Positions 11,712 to 26,169 of a stretch of DNA of 64,000 bases are shown piece by piece. The stretch is from Phoronis australis (Eukaryota > Animalia > Phoronida), in contig NMRA01000275.1 in the NCBI GenBank assembly GCA_002633005.1, positions 103,336 to 167,335 of the forward strand, in the 5' to 3' direction. Below the pieces are notes generated by a model. The model saw only the letters and a program-made list of their open reading frames with translations. It did no database searches and was not told where the DNA came from. The translations under genes were made by a program, and so were the position numbers. Each line of letters begins with the position of its first letter. Position 1 is the first letter of the stretch.

Positions 11712-14700
11712 ATGTGCTACAAGGTAGGACACTTGGGACTAAGAATTCCACGGGTGCTTCACTTCAGCCGTCCATATCAAACACAAGACTCAATACATTT
11801 ACACAAAACAGTAGTTCATTAAAACCATGAGCAAATGTTCTTTCTTCTGATAGCATTTACGGTGTCCTGCTCTAGCGAGTTTGCAACAAATTCGCGGATA
11901 AAGTACAAAAAACTTCCCAAAAAGCCGATGCGTACTGTCAATATACCCCACGGAAATTGCCTATTTGTCACGGAAGGTCACGCCATCAATAATTCTACAT
12001 TAATATTCCAAGATGTCCGTCCAGTGTAATTTGCCTAGTCACACATTTGGAACGGCGTCACCTATTGATTGGAAACCAAGTTGTATTCAGAGACCCTCAA
12101 GCCATCCCTGAGCCTGTGGTGAAGATTGTAATTACCTTGGATAAAAACAAGATTTTTAGACATAAAACCAATTTTGAGAAATTATCATTTATAAATTACT
12201 TAAGAAAAACATAATTTTGATGATGTTTTGCAAATACGATAATTATTGTGATGCAATAAGACTAGAATGAAAGCAAGCATCATTCAACTGAATAACAACA
12301 TTTTTAGATCCCTTTGTAAGCATAGCAATACAGTACAATATCAATCTTGATGAAACATCATTTGTATTTACGTAGAAGTTTATGCAATTATGATAATATT
12401 TAACGGAAATTAACAAAGACTTTGCCAGGGCTAAGACTGATATGAAAGCAACTGCCTGAATTCAATAGAATGAATGACACTTTCTACACGGTTCTGTAAG
12501 TATAGCTACAGAATCAAATAAATACAACAGTAATATATATAAAATTTTAGCATAATATTCTTTCATATATTACGAACTATTTATATCATAGTTCTTGTTG
12601 CTGAAAAACACGGAATAAAATAAATATGAATAATAAATAATACTCACTACATAAACAAAATTAGAGCAATAATAAATAAGAGCATGTGGATGAATATCAT
12701 TTTTTATTCTAATTTTGTAACACATCAGTTCAAAAGACATTACAAGCATTGTAATTTTAACACACAATTAATAAATTGTATGAAAGCAATAATCCATGTT
12801 TAAAATACATTATACAATACATATCAATACATAAAATAATACAGATACAAGTATCTCAGCCATGAAACCTAGCACTTCTACAGTACTAATGTTCTGGAAT
12901 AACTGCAATATTAAAAACAATAAATTTGATTTTGTCAACATACCAATAGTTGTCAGGGATAATGCATATGGTTCGAGGGAACATACACCACCATGTGGTA
13001 CACTTATACTACATATAATTAGTCTACTTCAGACTAATCAATCAATGTTATATGACTATTGACCATTTCATATGAAGACAATGGCACCAATACATCTCCT
13101 TGGGCATTAACCTCAAAGTGTATCTCAGGTAAATGCTAATCCCTACGTTTTCAAAAATATATAGTTTAACAAGGTTCACCGTAGCCCTTAATTTTAAGTA
13201 TTGTAATTTAAACACGCCCTGCTTAGGTCCTCACCAGAACAAATACAATAGTACAGCAACCCTGATGTTACATAGACATGACCCACAAAAGTTATATTTG
13301 AAAATGAGATTTACCAGACAAAAATGAAAACACACACACACACATTCTGATAGGTTGTGGAGTAAAGCAAGTACATGCACGCGCACCCAGCCTAAAAATA
13401 GGGGCTTGAATTTCTTAAGTGTGCGTACCTATACTAAGAAAAGATTGGTGGAAGTGAACTTTTGTCTCTTTTTCTACTTTGTTTCGGAGTTTTTGTTTCT
13501 CTGGGGCAAACCTTTTAGCCCACTATGCCAAATAGGGGGCTCGTTCGAGCACCAGAGCCCCCTTGGATGCGGGCTTGGGAATCAAGCAGAGTTGGTACAG
13601 CAGAATGTGTCAAAGAATAAGGTTTGTTTACTGTTCTAAGAAAGAAGTTGACTCAATAATCCCTGTTTAGGGTACGTATTCCTCAGTAAGATACCTTGTA
13701 GTACATATAGTGTATTAGGGACGATCAGAAGCTGATGACGCCTGTGCTCCGGTGTGCTATTACATATCACAAATGGCAATTGGAGAAAATTCTTCCAAGT
13801 GATTTGACTACATTTGAAATTTTTTGTGACTTCATGTTGTTTAGTGTTCACTTGTGTTTGTGGTTGACGCCCCCGTGAGCCATCCTGCAATCCGCAATTA
13901 TAACTTCTCATTTAATTGTTAATTCACATTAGATACTTCTAGATATTTGTAAAATGTTACGAATGGTAATTTCTATCAGTCTGTGCCTTGTTCTGCATAG
14001 ATGCTCGATGATAGTCTGTGGTTATCAACTTGAATCTAATCGTGAATTCTTACTCATGCTTTTATCAGCGAAGAAACCTTTTTCTATCTCGTTATCTGTG
14101 TATCGTTGATCTGAATAGCAAGTGCCCCGAGTGCATGTACACACGCTTTCGTTAACAGCCAGTGTTTGTGGGACAAAGATGGCAGAGTGATTGGCTTGAA
14201 TTAGTAGCTTGATTGACATGCTGGAACTATCTACTGAAACAATTGTCCTCAGAACTGCACGCATTCACTCAATAATGTTGGAGCATTTTGTCAACTGAAA
14301 TACAAATGCAGTAAAACCAGGCTGAATTCTACTCATTCTGATGAAAACTAAATTAAATAATTGGTGGTCCTAAGATACCAGCTTCATCATCACGCATGAA
14401 AATGCTTTTCATATTCAAAAACATTGCTTTTGCACCTTTTGGCTAAAATATTTATGTACCGGCAAGTCTATGCCTTAATCGGTAGTAGTTGGTATTGTAG
14501 ATCTCACTGCAGTACTTTTTCGAAGCAGAATACTAAAAAACTACATGACGTGATGTAAAATGAACCGCCTGAGAAATGTTATCTTTTCCTCCATCGATCG
14601 ATCAGAAAAATCAAAACAGCTTCAGTCATGTTTTGTTGTAATTATGTGTTCGTCTTCCGTTACTAAATGTGCGCGAGAACGGTGAAATTGTCACAAAATA

Positions 14701-17700
14701 GGAAATTTAGCCAAAGTGATTATTTTAATCACGTTTTCCGGAGTTATCAATTAGTGGTTAATGAATTAAAAAGGAGCGCGTCTTCTCCACTAACTCTGTT
14801 TAGACAGACCATGTGAAATGAACCGCTTGGCTTAACCGTGTTTTGTTCGCAGCATTGAAAATCGATGATAATTAATACAAACCGAAGAACACATTCATCT
14901 AGTGTATTTTCACGCTCGCTGAAATAACGTTGGTATGTTACAGCACAAGCAACCCCTTCCATTAACCTGGACCTGTGTTACGAATGTTCACTTAAAAATG
15001 GACACACACTACGTTTGGTTTTCTTTTAATAGTTTAAGAGGGCAACAGACCTGCACCGCCTGTCAAAAACCCATAAAAACATTTCCAGAAACGAGCAAGG
15101 CTATACTGACTGAAACCCGCAATTTACTGTACCTATCATTTCTGACTTCGCCATGGGAAAAAGAGACCTAGCTATTTTGAAAATACTCAAATGTATGGAC
15201 AACGGAAAGTGCAAAAATGAAAAACAATGTTGCTCTTTGGCCAACTTATTAGCAAATATTTGATCACAAGTAGTTCGACAGAATACTACTTCTCTCTGAA
15301 TATAGTTTGTTTTGAATAAACCGAAAAGTTGGATATGAGTATGTTGAAGTCGCGTATTTGTAAATAAGAACATGACATTAAAATAGTGATCAAATTTTCT
15401 TAGTTATCTTCTTATTCATTTAGTTTTACTTTGGTTAGGCAAACGACACAATTCATGCCTTCCGTATCTGCGTTCTACAATACCAAAACAAGATCGACCT
15501 TAGGAGGCACAGAACAGTTCTCACTTGGTTTTGGCCAGCAAAACACACATCACTTGATTTGTCATCTTTTCTTCACTCTGTCAAAAACAGGATGCAAAGA
15601 ATGATATGTTTTCAATTATTTCACATAAATAGCCCTGCAGATGAGCACAGAAACTTTATTCTCTCTTGTATTTTTGACCCTTTCATTCCCACTAAAAACC
15701 AAGCTAGACTAAGAAAAATAACGGCAAAAATGCAAAATTGGCACTATTCACCTCAAAAACACCACTTCCCTGCCGATGCACGACTAAAGCCAACATTATA
15801 GTCTGAAAGCAAATTTCCTACCGATTCCGAAAATGTGGTCCAAAAGTACTGTCAACCAACTAGTTTTTTGTCAATTTTTGCTTGTTTGAGGGCTACCTAA
15901 AATCACAGCCAATTCCTCCGTCGCTACCCAGCAATGCACAATTGCAGCCGGGGGCCGCCATCTTGAAGAAGAGTGCAGCTACAGCCAAGAAAGTGGCCTT
16001 TTTTATTCACAGCATGTTCACAAATACAAACAAACCACATTCACTGAGCCTACGTGCAATGCCCTCCTACAAAATGCCCCCAAACTTGGCCTACCCCAAA
16101 ATTTTAATATTTTGGCAGTGCAAATTGGCCGCGGCCGCAGCCCAACTATTCAGTGCCACCTGAGGTCACATAAGAATCTGTATATGAAAACGCTAATTTC
16201 GGACCCGGATGTTGGACGTATGACTGCCTTTTGACTCCGTCGGACAGAAACAACTCGAGAGCGGCCGCAAGGACACCCGCCCCCGCCCGACGCCTCCTTC
16301 CCAATAGTTCCCGCGACGGAAAAGCGCCGGGTTCTGTGACTGCAAATCCCCTTTCTTAATGAATCGTGGCCTCAGTCGATCCGGCGTATGCGCTACATTC
16401 TCGAAGCCAAACACAATTCAGAGGTCATTCGTCCGCGGCCTGCGTTTACCGTTCACGCTTACTAAGTAGCGTGCTCAATATTCGGGGGCGAGAGAATTCA
16501 ACTATGTCAAGGTTGAATAATTTTCTGAAATTCGAATAAAGGGGCGGCCTCGGTATTTTATTCGCATGCGTTCGCTACCTCGGGAGCCTAATCTGTAAGA
16601 TATAACTGAACTCTGTCTGGTAGGCATTCTTTGTTGTGGGCAAATGCCCGTATGCTGTAGGTTACACAAACCTGATGGAAGCACCGGCAAACTTGCCCCG
16701 AGGTCAGTAACGCTAGGACTTCGCTGAAAAGTAAGACTTCGCAAGATTACGTAAGATGTTACCATGTATTTTAAATGAGAACGCGTGATTTTGGCTAGAT
16801 TTTTGCGAGGTCCTAGCATTACTGAACTCCACCCTGTTGAAGCGACATGTTAAAACTGGTCGTGGAGAACACAGATGTATCAAAATGTTTCTTAAGTATA
16901 TTTGATCGTTGTTTAGCTTTTTTCTTTGACAGGTACCGGTTAATACGAAAAATCAACCCAAGATTGGAAATGCCCTTTTGCAAATAATTATTTTAAAATC
17001 TCGATTATTGGTTGAAAACTTCATCTTTATAAATGGAAATGAGGGAGCAAAGAATTTTATTGGGCGAAAGTCTTTGAACTTTACTGCCTACGAACACTAA
17101 TCCTCCACGAATCCAATCGAACATCATTTGAATATCTGCGTGCAATACAGGGTCAGGTACTAGATACCTTGAAAGAGGTGTGTGGTTAGACTCCATTTGC
17201 TGGAAGACAACACAGTGTAAGACATGTGCTCCGCAGGAGCCGCTGTAATCTACATATACATTCCAAAACCACTGCGCTTCTCTTTGCCATATTATGTTCG
17301 CATAATCCTACAGTGATTGGAATAGCACCAAGCTAATTTGAGTGAGGATCTTGTTCACAGCTAAACACGTTCACAGATAGATGTGAATTTGAGGTATGGC
17401 AATAAAGTCGCATTGTGTGTATGTACTTCGCGGTATTACCATCATCACATTTGTGTGTGGGGAAATAACTATAATAACGGATGTTCGCCAAATAATGAAA
17501 TGCGATAAACAAAAATTTGGATGACAATAGCAAATAATACTTAAAAGCATTGAAGCTTTTAGGTGATATTTTTGTTTCCTATTTCAAGCATGTATCACCA
17601 GGGAAACTTCCCATGTGCAGCGGAAACCCGGCTAAAGCTGATTCCCTTACATTAGGTGGTAGCCGTGCGAAGCACGGGTTCCAGCTAGGAATATTAATTG

Positions 17701-19533
17701 TGAGTGAACTTTTTTGTTTAAAAACCTTTCATAATTGATTTTTATGGTGATAACGAATCTGACAATATCTTCCAACGTTAAGTTTTTGTTGTGTTATTTA
17801 CCGGAACACGTGCAGGCAGTTAGGCTAGGTCATAGCGATAGTTTTCATGCTATGGTGAGTTTGACTGGATTGCTTACCAGTCGCGCATCAATTTTCCTGT
17901 ATATAATATAAACACCTCACTATCGATACCGATTGCCTGGTGGGCCTTTTACGGGGGTTCGTTGACATTGCAACTAGGTCTGCAAATGAGCGTATTTTGG
18001 AAAGTCAACTCAATATCCTGTTGGTGGGGAACAAAATTCGGTTGTCACGTGATTGAAAATGAGGCGCGGGTCTTTTTCAGTTTTGTAGTATAGATTTGGG
18101 AGACCTTTTTCATCATGTTTGTATATGTCTGGGCTCTCAGTTCAGATTAAGTGGGTATAAGCATTAAAATGAGGGAAGATCGTTATTTTTGCTTGATATA
18201 AGTTTTGATCTGAAAATACCCGGCAAATGATAGACAGAATAGTTCGAATAGACGCTTTGGTCATGTTTTAAAACCTCTTTGAATATGTATAAACATGGGT
18301 TACAATTTTAGCCGTTTTGGTATAAGCGTTGTTTCCCAAACCTAAGGAAATGGCCGCTCTCTGCACATCAAACACCAGATCGAGATTGGCGCATGCCGAA
18401 CAGATCACAACAATGATTATGTGTCCTCAAGAAATATAAATATCTGTGCTGATGAGTGGATGAAAGTGAGCCGATGATAAACAACATGCGACTTGTCGGC
18501 AGCGTTCCATCGACCGTTCAAATAATCCAGACGCCACAATTAGCAAAGAGACCAATTACTTTCATCTCCTATGAACAGGAAGGAATTTTCAAAACACCCA
18601 GGAAAAATGATTTACAAGTAAACATTTTGAATTCATGCTGTGAGGCTGAATCATTATAACAATATATTTAAGATTACAGAATCTTTTTAAAGAGGACTAA
18701 TTTCGTTAAACAGAAGTTCGTTAAATAGCTTTTGAACTAAAAAAATAGGATTCAATTTTCTACTAAATATTTCTGCACTTTCTTCTGCCAATACTATGGT
18801 GACAATTTTTATAAATCGCACTTCAAGCGAATGACTTACTTAACGAAGAACAAACGCGTTGAACTTCGTCTGCACTAGAGATGTGGGTCTCAGACGATCA
18901 ATAAACAATAAAGGTTCCAATGGGGTAGTCACGTCACCATTTTCAATCTGAACAGTTTTGAACTAGCAGTTCGTTATGTATTTGCATGCATTAAGGTACA
19001 TGTCTCTACAGCCGAAGATTTTGTTCTCAAGTGTTTTTCAAAGGCACATAACGCCAAGTTTTACTTATAGGAGAATGTGAGTCACATTTTTACGGGTCTG
19101 GCTCACCCATCGTCCTCGACAAAAATGCATCATTTTGCCTGTCCGTTCGTTTAGGACCAATTTTGATTTTTTCCGCAAATGGTAGACATCTTGTACAAAT
19201 AATAACTAACTTCTAAGTACAGTCGTCACTGTATCTTGAACGATTTTTTTTTCAATTTTTTTGTGTTTGCACAAGATGAATAAAACTAAGGTAATATTAA
19301 TTGAAGTACACGAAGTGTATAAAATGAGTAAGTTTTAAAATAAAGAAATTCTTTATTATCACGATTTGAATCATCATTTAAGGTGCCCAAATCGATGAAT
19401 ATTTTGAGTCATCCAGTTGAGTAAATAATATGACCAAAGAGATGTGTTATCCTGATTGGTTATTCCATAAGGCAGACCATCGCGAGGTAAGGCCACAGAA
19501 AGCACAGCTTGACAACGGACGGACATCAGGATA

Positions 19534-20100
19534 TTGTTACCTTTTGTGCCAGGGATCTCAGATCGGGATAAATCTCATATGAGGGGTCCCGGTATCTCTG
19601 TTTCATTTAAGCCGGTTAATGACATAAGGAATCTGTTGATGAATGTGAAGAATAAGACAGTGAAAGAGAAAAAATCTAATATAGTGTATGGTATTTCATG
19701 CTCGGATTCAGGATGCGAGGAATCATATATTGGTGAAACCAAACAAGCCCTGAAAAGTTAGATCAGTCAACATCGCCGGTCCCGTTACGGAAATTGTTAT
19801 GATTCGGCGGTATTCTCCCACATGGCTAGTACGGAACATTCTTTCTCCGTGGAGGATGTCACTATTCTAGATAGGGAAGAAAACTGCTTCAAACGAGGGG
19901 TTAAGGAGGCAATAGACGAAAGAGTGGACTATAATCCCAGTTAAAACAGACAAGCGGGCCTGAGATTTCAGTCACCAAGAACTTGGGATAGGGCGCTAAA
20001 GAGTATCTCGCGCAAACTGTGCTATCAAACACATGATGAGTCACGTGACACCTCAGTGGCCTACCGAAGTCCTCGAGATGAGGACGCAACGAAGCTAACT
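19534..20100 (+). mobile_element. Penelope-like retroelement 3' fragment (GIY-YIG endonuclease)
   Basis: Encodes LPFVPGIS...SFKP...NIVYGISCSDSGCEESYIGETKQALKS*ISQHRR...SAVFSH...ILDREENCFKRGVKEAI, the RT-thumb plus GIY-YIG end typical of PLEs, with an in-frame stop. Confidence 0.92.
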
Positions 20101-20369
20101 CAATCCATAAGTCCAGTAATTGATTTATTTTTTCATATGAAAATACAAATAGTTTTCATTTGAAGAGCAAACGTAAAAGTGCCTTATTAGGTTGTTTAAC
20201 AAATACTTGGGCATGTGTATGTGAAATAGGTCTAGCAATCTGAATACGATAAGGGCCATTTCGGGAATTGCCCTTGTTGTTATAATTTGTTCGTCTACGT
20301 GCACTTCTCAGAACGTATAGAATTCCAAGCCAGTTACTAGTCTGGTATCTATGCACCGCCAAAGCTTTC

Positions 20370-21110
20370 GTAAACGAGCACGTTTCTGTGCGTTGAAACG
20401 TGCTCATTCGGTGCGCACAACTGCTAAATCAATGAACGCGCAGAATTAGTAATTTATAACGCGCATTGCGCTTATTCAACTCTCAGAGTTGGTTATTCAA
20501 TCCGCAGAATTGGCCTTCAGTCGAAAAATAAGGTTTGAATTTCGAAGATTATAGTTGCCAATTTCCATAAAGTGAGCATCTTAATGAAAGTGCTATTGAT
20601 TTTTGAGGGGCAAACAAGTTTCAAATTATAATATAGTACATAAAACTTCAATTAATTTTTACTTTTGCTCAGGGCATGGCATTTATGTGGAAACATTACT
20701 GACACTAGCATGACTCAGCTTTGTTCGCTTGTTGTCTTGAAAACCTAAAATTGGTGGTGTTTTATCCTAAGACTCTTTTAAGGGGTCTTAAAGGCACCTA
20801 CTAACCCCAACAGATCCATTGGAAACACTCTTACTTGGAATTTGGGATACCTTACTGCAACAGGCTGAAGGCCTTGGTTGCACATGCATGTAATTCATTG
20901 AAACAAAGTAGGCATACTGGTTCAAGATACGCGTTGAATAAGCAATTGTGCGCGTTGATTGAATAATTCCATGCGTTGAGTAAGTGCAGAAAGGTAGTCA
21001 TTTAAGAACCGATTGCGCCAGTCAAATAGCTAACTCTGCGCTCTGATTAAGCAATTGTAGTTGAAAAAGTATATTTCAACGCACAGAAATGGTACTCTTT
21101 TGAGAACATT
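20370..21110. mobile_element. Foldback/MITE-like element with degenerate inverted arms
   Basis: TTTCTGTGCGTTGAAA near 20383 has its reverse complement near 21075. The arms are built of aacgcgcagaatt-like subrepeats, and related sequence occurs at about 24545-24620. Confidence 0.5.
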
Positions 21111-21583
21111 TAACGCTTCATAGCTGGGTAAGTCGTTAGGCTTAGGACTTTAACTGAGATTCTGAAATGTTTTACTTGCCAGGTGACCCAAATCAGCCAC
21201 TAGGTGACCCAAATCAGCCACTATTATATAACTCCAAACTCCAATAACCTGACCAAATCACGGATACCGAATTAACATAAAAATTGACAATGACAATGAA
21301 TTCTGATTTCAGTCGTTAGCTGGATGTTCTTCATGGAAGCCGATTTTTATGAGCAGTTAAAAAGAAAATGCTAACGAGGTCAGCAAGACATTAACAGTAA
21401 CGGAATAAAACGTTTTCGTTACATTCTGAATAAAGTTCGCGCATTAATGAAAGGGTCAAGTAGCTGTTTTTAAGTACGGATGTGTGCAATTTTAAACAAA
21501 TAACCCATTCTCGGAATGTATGACCTACCAACCAAGGTCGCGTTAATATCCGGACTCGAACAGTCCTCTTCGCAGCCCCTTAA

Positions 21584-24460
21584 ACGAGAAGGATACCTTT
21601 TTTCATGTCGTATTTAGTAAAAAATACGGTTAGTTTATTATTAGTCGTGCCTTACTCTGGAAGTGATGTTTAAGGGGGTTAAGAATTTCCCACCATTTTG
21701 TTTTCACATAGTCTGACTGTGTGAGCTGTCGATCAGTCATTGGTTTTTCTCGGTTGGGATAAGCTCGGCTGTCGTTTGCATTTATTTACGAGTCAGTCAA
21801 CATGCCGCACGGTTGCTGTGTACCGTTATATACTCACTTTCGTTTCACGCGTACTTTGGGTATACCATTACACAGTTTTCCGAAAGATGACACGCTCAGC
21901 TGTACTTGGCTCATTCGTGTGAAGAGCCCAGCGTTACCGTACACGCAACGTACAAAGCAATGGAGAATTGACCTAACGCCAGGATTACGACTGACGGCTT
22001 TTCTGACAAATCAGAACGCAGCATTCTTTACACACCTTCGTCTGCGTTTCCAAGCCTCCACACAAATGTATTTTAGCCGACAAACAATACGTTGTCGTGT
22101 AAAACCTGTTTTAGTCTATAGCTGAAGAAACTGAGTGATAAGAGTGGTGATTACTCAAAGGTCCAAGAAACACACTTTTCAGTTTAGTGGCTATAGTGTA
22201 CGCTTATTCGATTTTGACTCCGGAGTTTCACTCGTCTGGCCTCCTTTGTCTCAGCACCTACTGGATCTCAGCACTATAGTCTAGCAATAGTCCCTGGAAA
22301 TTGTTTTTATATTTTAACTATTTTTCAGTTATTTTGACCTATAGACATCGTTTTGTTTCGTAGCAGAGGTACACTTTTTGTCATTGATATACCCCTAAGC
22401 TGGCGTTTAACTGAACTTTTGTCCAAAATTGAGGGATTCGATCGGCACAGGGAGGGACATTAGATTACTGAACTCAAAGCCTTGTTCGAGCTGTTGTCAC
22501 GAAAAAATACAAACAGATGAATTACTTTTTGATGAGAACCTCTGGTATACACTTCGCCTGAGTGTTACAGAGAGCTCATTTTGAAGTTATTGAAACATGA
22601 TATTTAGATTTATGAAGCTTTAAAAAAGGAATTTGAGCTATTTTTGTAAATTGCCATTTTTGCCGCTAAACAGTCTTGTCGTTTTTGGTAACCATACCAC
22701 AGTTTAACGATCATGCTACGCTTAAAGTAAGTGCAAGCTATCTTTGTGCAGTAGAACTACAAAAAATGCGAATTTTGTCAGAAGATAAGCCTAACTTAAA
22801 TGTCTTAATGGTGCAATCATAGCCAATTCCATGCATTGATTGGACTTGGACACAGCCCTAGACCTACCGGAGCTAACTTTTTGACCGGGAGAAGATGAGT
22901 GGCTACTTGAGCTATAAACCTGAGTTTTTTTAATCGAAATATTTCGGTCGAAGATTAGAAAAGCGTAAACATTGCCATCGACTTGACCTACTTTACTCGG
23001 GGAGCCCCACGGGCAGTTGTGACCTACTTTTCATTTGGCGGGTTTTAGCAGACGACAGAATAAAAAAATCGGTGAATCTTCACTGATTTTGTTCGAAATA
23101 TCCTAAAATCTATGGCATCGTTAAGATAATTCGACTTTAAGGAACATACCCAGCTTTACCTGAACACATCGCATCAGTGGCCTTGTCATCTGTCAGGTGA
23201 AGGTGAAGCCCGTGTGGGGTTCTTCGGATTTTCGCTGGCTCCGAAATACTTTTTCTCAAACACTTATTTTTTCATCGTCACCTTTCCAAATTCCCACATC
23301 GCCTGTTTCAGGTAGTGCAAAAACACTAATTGATTCCACCATGAACGTCGTTTAGCGACAGTATATTTGTCCCTGACATGTTGTTTGTTTGTCGGGTGTC
23401 ACTTGACTTTTCGCAAGGGGGCGTAGCTTGCGATAGGTCAATTACCGAGCGTGTGGCAAGCATTTTCTGCCGTCGGATTACGAAAAAATATATACGCAGA
23501 ATTGATGAAGGTTCCTGCAAAACAACGCCTGATTCCCGCTACTGCCCTGTTGCCAGCCCCGAGATGTGCAGTTTTGAAGCGAGTGGCCTCGCGAGCTGTG
23601 GCCTCTACAGTGACCGGAGGCGCTTCATCTACTGTCACCCGTGCCTCCAAACGTACTCCAGTGCGTGCAGACCCGGAAACCAGCAGTGAGTCGCTTTGTG
23701 CTGGTGTTGTTTCCAGACCAGAGCATGTAAGCAGCCCTGCAGCGATGTTGAATAGTGTGAGTGAATACAGGCCACCAGTGGGGAGAACAGTTCGTCGTCC
23801 ACTGATCAGGCCTGTAAGCCAAACTTTGATAAGTTTATTGTAGACTTGACTTAAGTCTTGGAGCTATTTAGAAGGTGCCAGGTGTGTGGCATGTTAGCGG
23901 TTTGGTGCTCAGGTCATCATCCAGTGGGAACAGCATAGACATTCTATTGATGAGGTCGGCATAAGAGTGCGCACAGCTGTCTGTGCGTATTCTGCCTCAC
24001 TATACTCGGGCTCAAACATTCATGTATATCCACCCACTGACTGTTCGTGAAAAAATTCCTCGCCACCACTGCTATGAGCAATGTCTCCGTCACTCACGTC
24101 ATTGTGTCTGTGATATGAGTCGCCGACTCCATTTTCATGCTACTACAAGCTAAAAGATTCCTAAATCCAACATAACTTAGTTCTCTGACAACTTAGATTG
24201 TCTTAGAATACTCGTCGATGGGAATTGGTGACAATTTTAGGAAACCAGCACATAAACAACAGTAGAAAAGATCCCCACAGTAACCTCGAACGCACTACAA
24301 AATAGCGGGAAATTCTTAACCCCCTAAACGTCACTTCCGGAGTATTGCACGACTAATTAATAAATTTACTGGGAGGCGTAATTGACTGAAACATATGTCT
24401 GGGATAATCAACGAACCGTATTTTTACTAAAATTAACATGGAAAAAGGCTGTCTTCACCT
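21584..24460 (+). mobile_element. Kolobok DNA transposon deletion derivative A (THAP interrupted by a nested element)
   Basis: TTAA at both flanks with degenerate long TIRs. THAP N-half at 21802 (MPHGCCVP...FPKDDTL..TW) resumes after 23442 (VCGKHF-like, YAELMKVPAKQRL). A - strand MFEPEYSEAE near 24019 matches the KolX N-terminal YxFEP motif. Confidence 0.85.
21969..23440 (-). mobile_element. ISL2EU-like element (AT TSD) inserted into the Kolobok THAP ORF
   Basis: TIRs TGACCTA(A/T)CGC. Removing the element and one AT restores GAGAATTACC, as in the uninterrupted copy near 49540. A - strand remnant FRSQRKSEEPH...DAMCSGKAG (about 23145-23250) resembles a SWIM (CxCxAG) ORF start. Confidence 0.8.
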
Positions 24461-25292
24461 TTAACCGTTGGCAAATTGATTAGCAGTTAAGTGAGTGTAA
24501 AACCCTTTACGCGCTAACAACTGAAAGGATTGGAGTTCCATAAGGTTCTTTCTGCGCGTTAAAATGTGCTTTTTCAACGTTTCAACGCGCACAATTGGTT
24601 ACTTAAAGCACAAAATTGTTATTTTTGATGAGGAATAAAAACGTTTCGTTACGCGGGCCAATACTTAATTTTAGTACGGATATTGAATTTCGAAGACTGT
24701 TGTCGATTTTTATATACCGATCATGTTAATTAACGTGTTATTGACTGTGAGAGATACTTTGTTTCAAACTATCAAACTTATTAATTTTCACTTTTGATGA
24801 GGGATGGTTTTCATTCAATGACTCAGGTAACAGCCCTTACAATAACATAATTCTGCGTCTTTCGTTTGGTGACTTGACAATGGAGCCTAAACGCCTTGAC
24901 GTGAAAAGCCGTTGCGGTAACCACTGATAGGATAGGAAGTCCATGCGAAGAATAAGGAGCAAGAACTTTTTTGTGCATACAAATGTGCTTATTCTACGCT
25001 CAGAAAGTGCTATTATTTGCGTAGAACGATCATTGGAATGGGGAATAAAGGTGTTACGCTACGCGTGCTTACATCGATGCGCGTACACGTATTATTTTGT
25101 TAAATATGGCGCGATATGACTAAATTGTGTTCGTTACGGCACTGTATGGGTAAGTGCGCGAACCATTTGCGACAGCAGCTGGGTTGGGAAACGATAATCA
25201 TGTAGGCTCTTTCATCCGAGGACTCAGAAAAGGATTCTGTTTCTGACTGAAGAAAATGATTCTTCTAGGCGTTACTTCGTTTTGCGCTGCGG

Positions 25293-25395
25293 CAACATCG
25301 GCATAGTGGTTACGGCGGTTACAGTCTCGACACGTTTTACGGTATGCCGGGCAACGACGAGGGGCGTGATTGGTTGCACATGTGCCACACACTGG
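25293..25395 (-). mobile_element. Gypsy-type gag zinc-knuckle remnant
   Basis: Encodes CGTCATNHAPRRCPAYRKTCRDCNRRNHYADV, matching CxxCGxxHxxxxCPAxGKxCxxCxKxNHFAxVC. No pol sequence nearby. Confidence 0.7.
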
Positions 25396-26169
25396 AGGCT
25401 GCTGAGTTGACTGCGCTTTTTTAACAACCTAGGCTAGGTTAAAATTGTTTTCACCCGAGTGAAAAGGGAAAAATGAAAAAAATAATTTAACTAAAATGGT
25501 GATGATACTTTCGAGTTACCGTACTTCACTGGTTTTCTGTTATAGTTAGAACTCTACGGCGTCCTAATGAAAACGTTTGCTGCTTACTGAGGTCGTCTTT
25601 CCAAATAATCATTGAACTCGACTTTTCCTCCTTGAACTTCATAAACGCCCAGACACGTTCACTGTCTACCTTAAACTGATTGATGTGATGATAAAACAAA
25701 GACCCCCTACAATTGTGCATGTTTGCCTTTTGAATTAAGCGGGCTGACAACAAAAGCGCTAGCGAAAACGCCAGTAGTTTTTGGGTAACTTAAACCTTCA
25801 CAAAAGCGACAGCAAAAATGACCCTTACGACCGTTCACATTACTGTACTTCTATTGCTAGTGAAAGTACTGGTGAAAACTCTCTAGCTGGAGTTTTAGAA
25901 CGTATGAAAACCGGGTATTAGTGCCGCGAATGAGCGCAAAACGAATCTATCCAAAAGACGAGAAGTGGTGATAAATTTCAGAGTTCCCCCGCGCACGTTG
26001 CGGTGGAGAGAGCACCTCCAAGATTTAGTCAGAGGTTGCACAAATTCCCGAGTTGATCTCAATATGTTCAACTTTACTTCTTTCTGTTAGTGAATGAGAA
26101 GCCAAGTTACGTTATTTTTCTACAATGCTACTGCTCCTAGCACTGAAACATTATATAATCCCCAGTAGA

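Noticed and set aside
17000-17300. Possible Penelope-like CKTC motif remnant
   Set aside because: Only a four-residue match with no supporting flanking motifs.
21181-21222. 21-bp perfect direct duplication
   Set aside because: Simple local tandem duplication with no further structure.
23378-23843. Overlapping 103-aa and 130-aa ORFs as genes
   Set aside because: Chimeric frames across a TE junction and the decayed Kolobok THAP C-terminal half.
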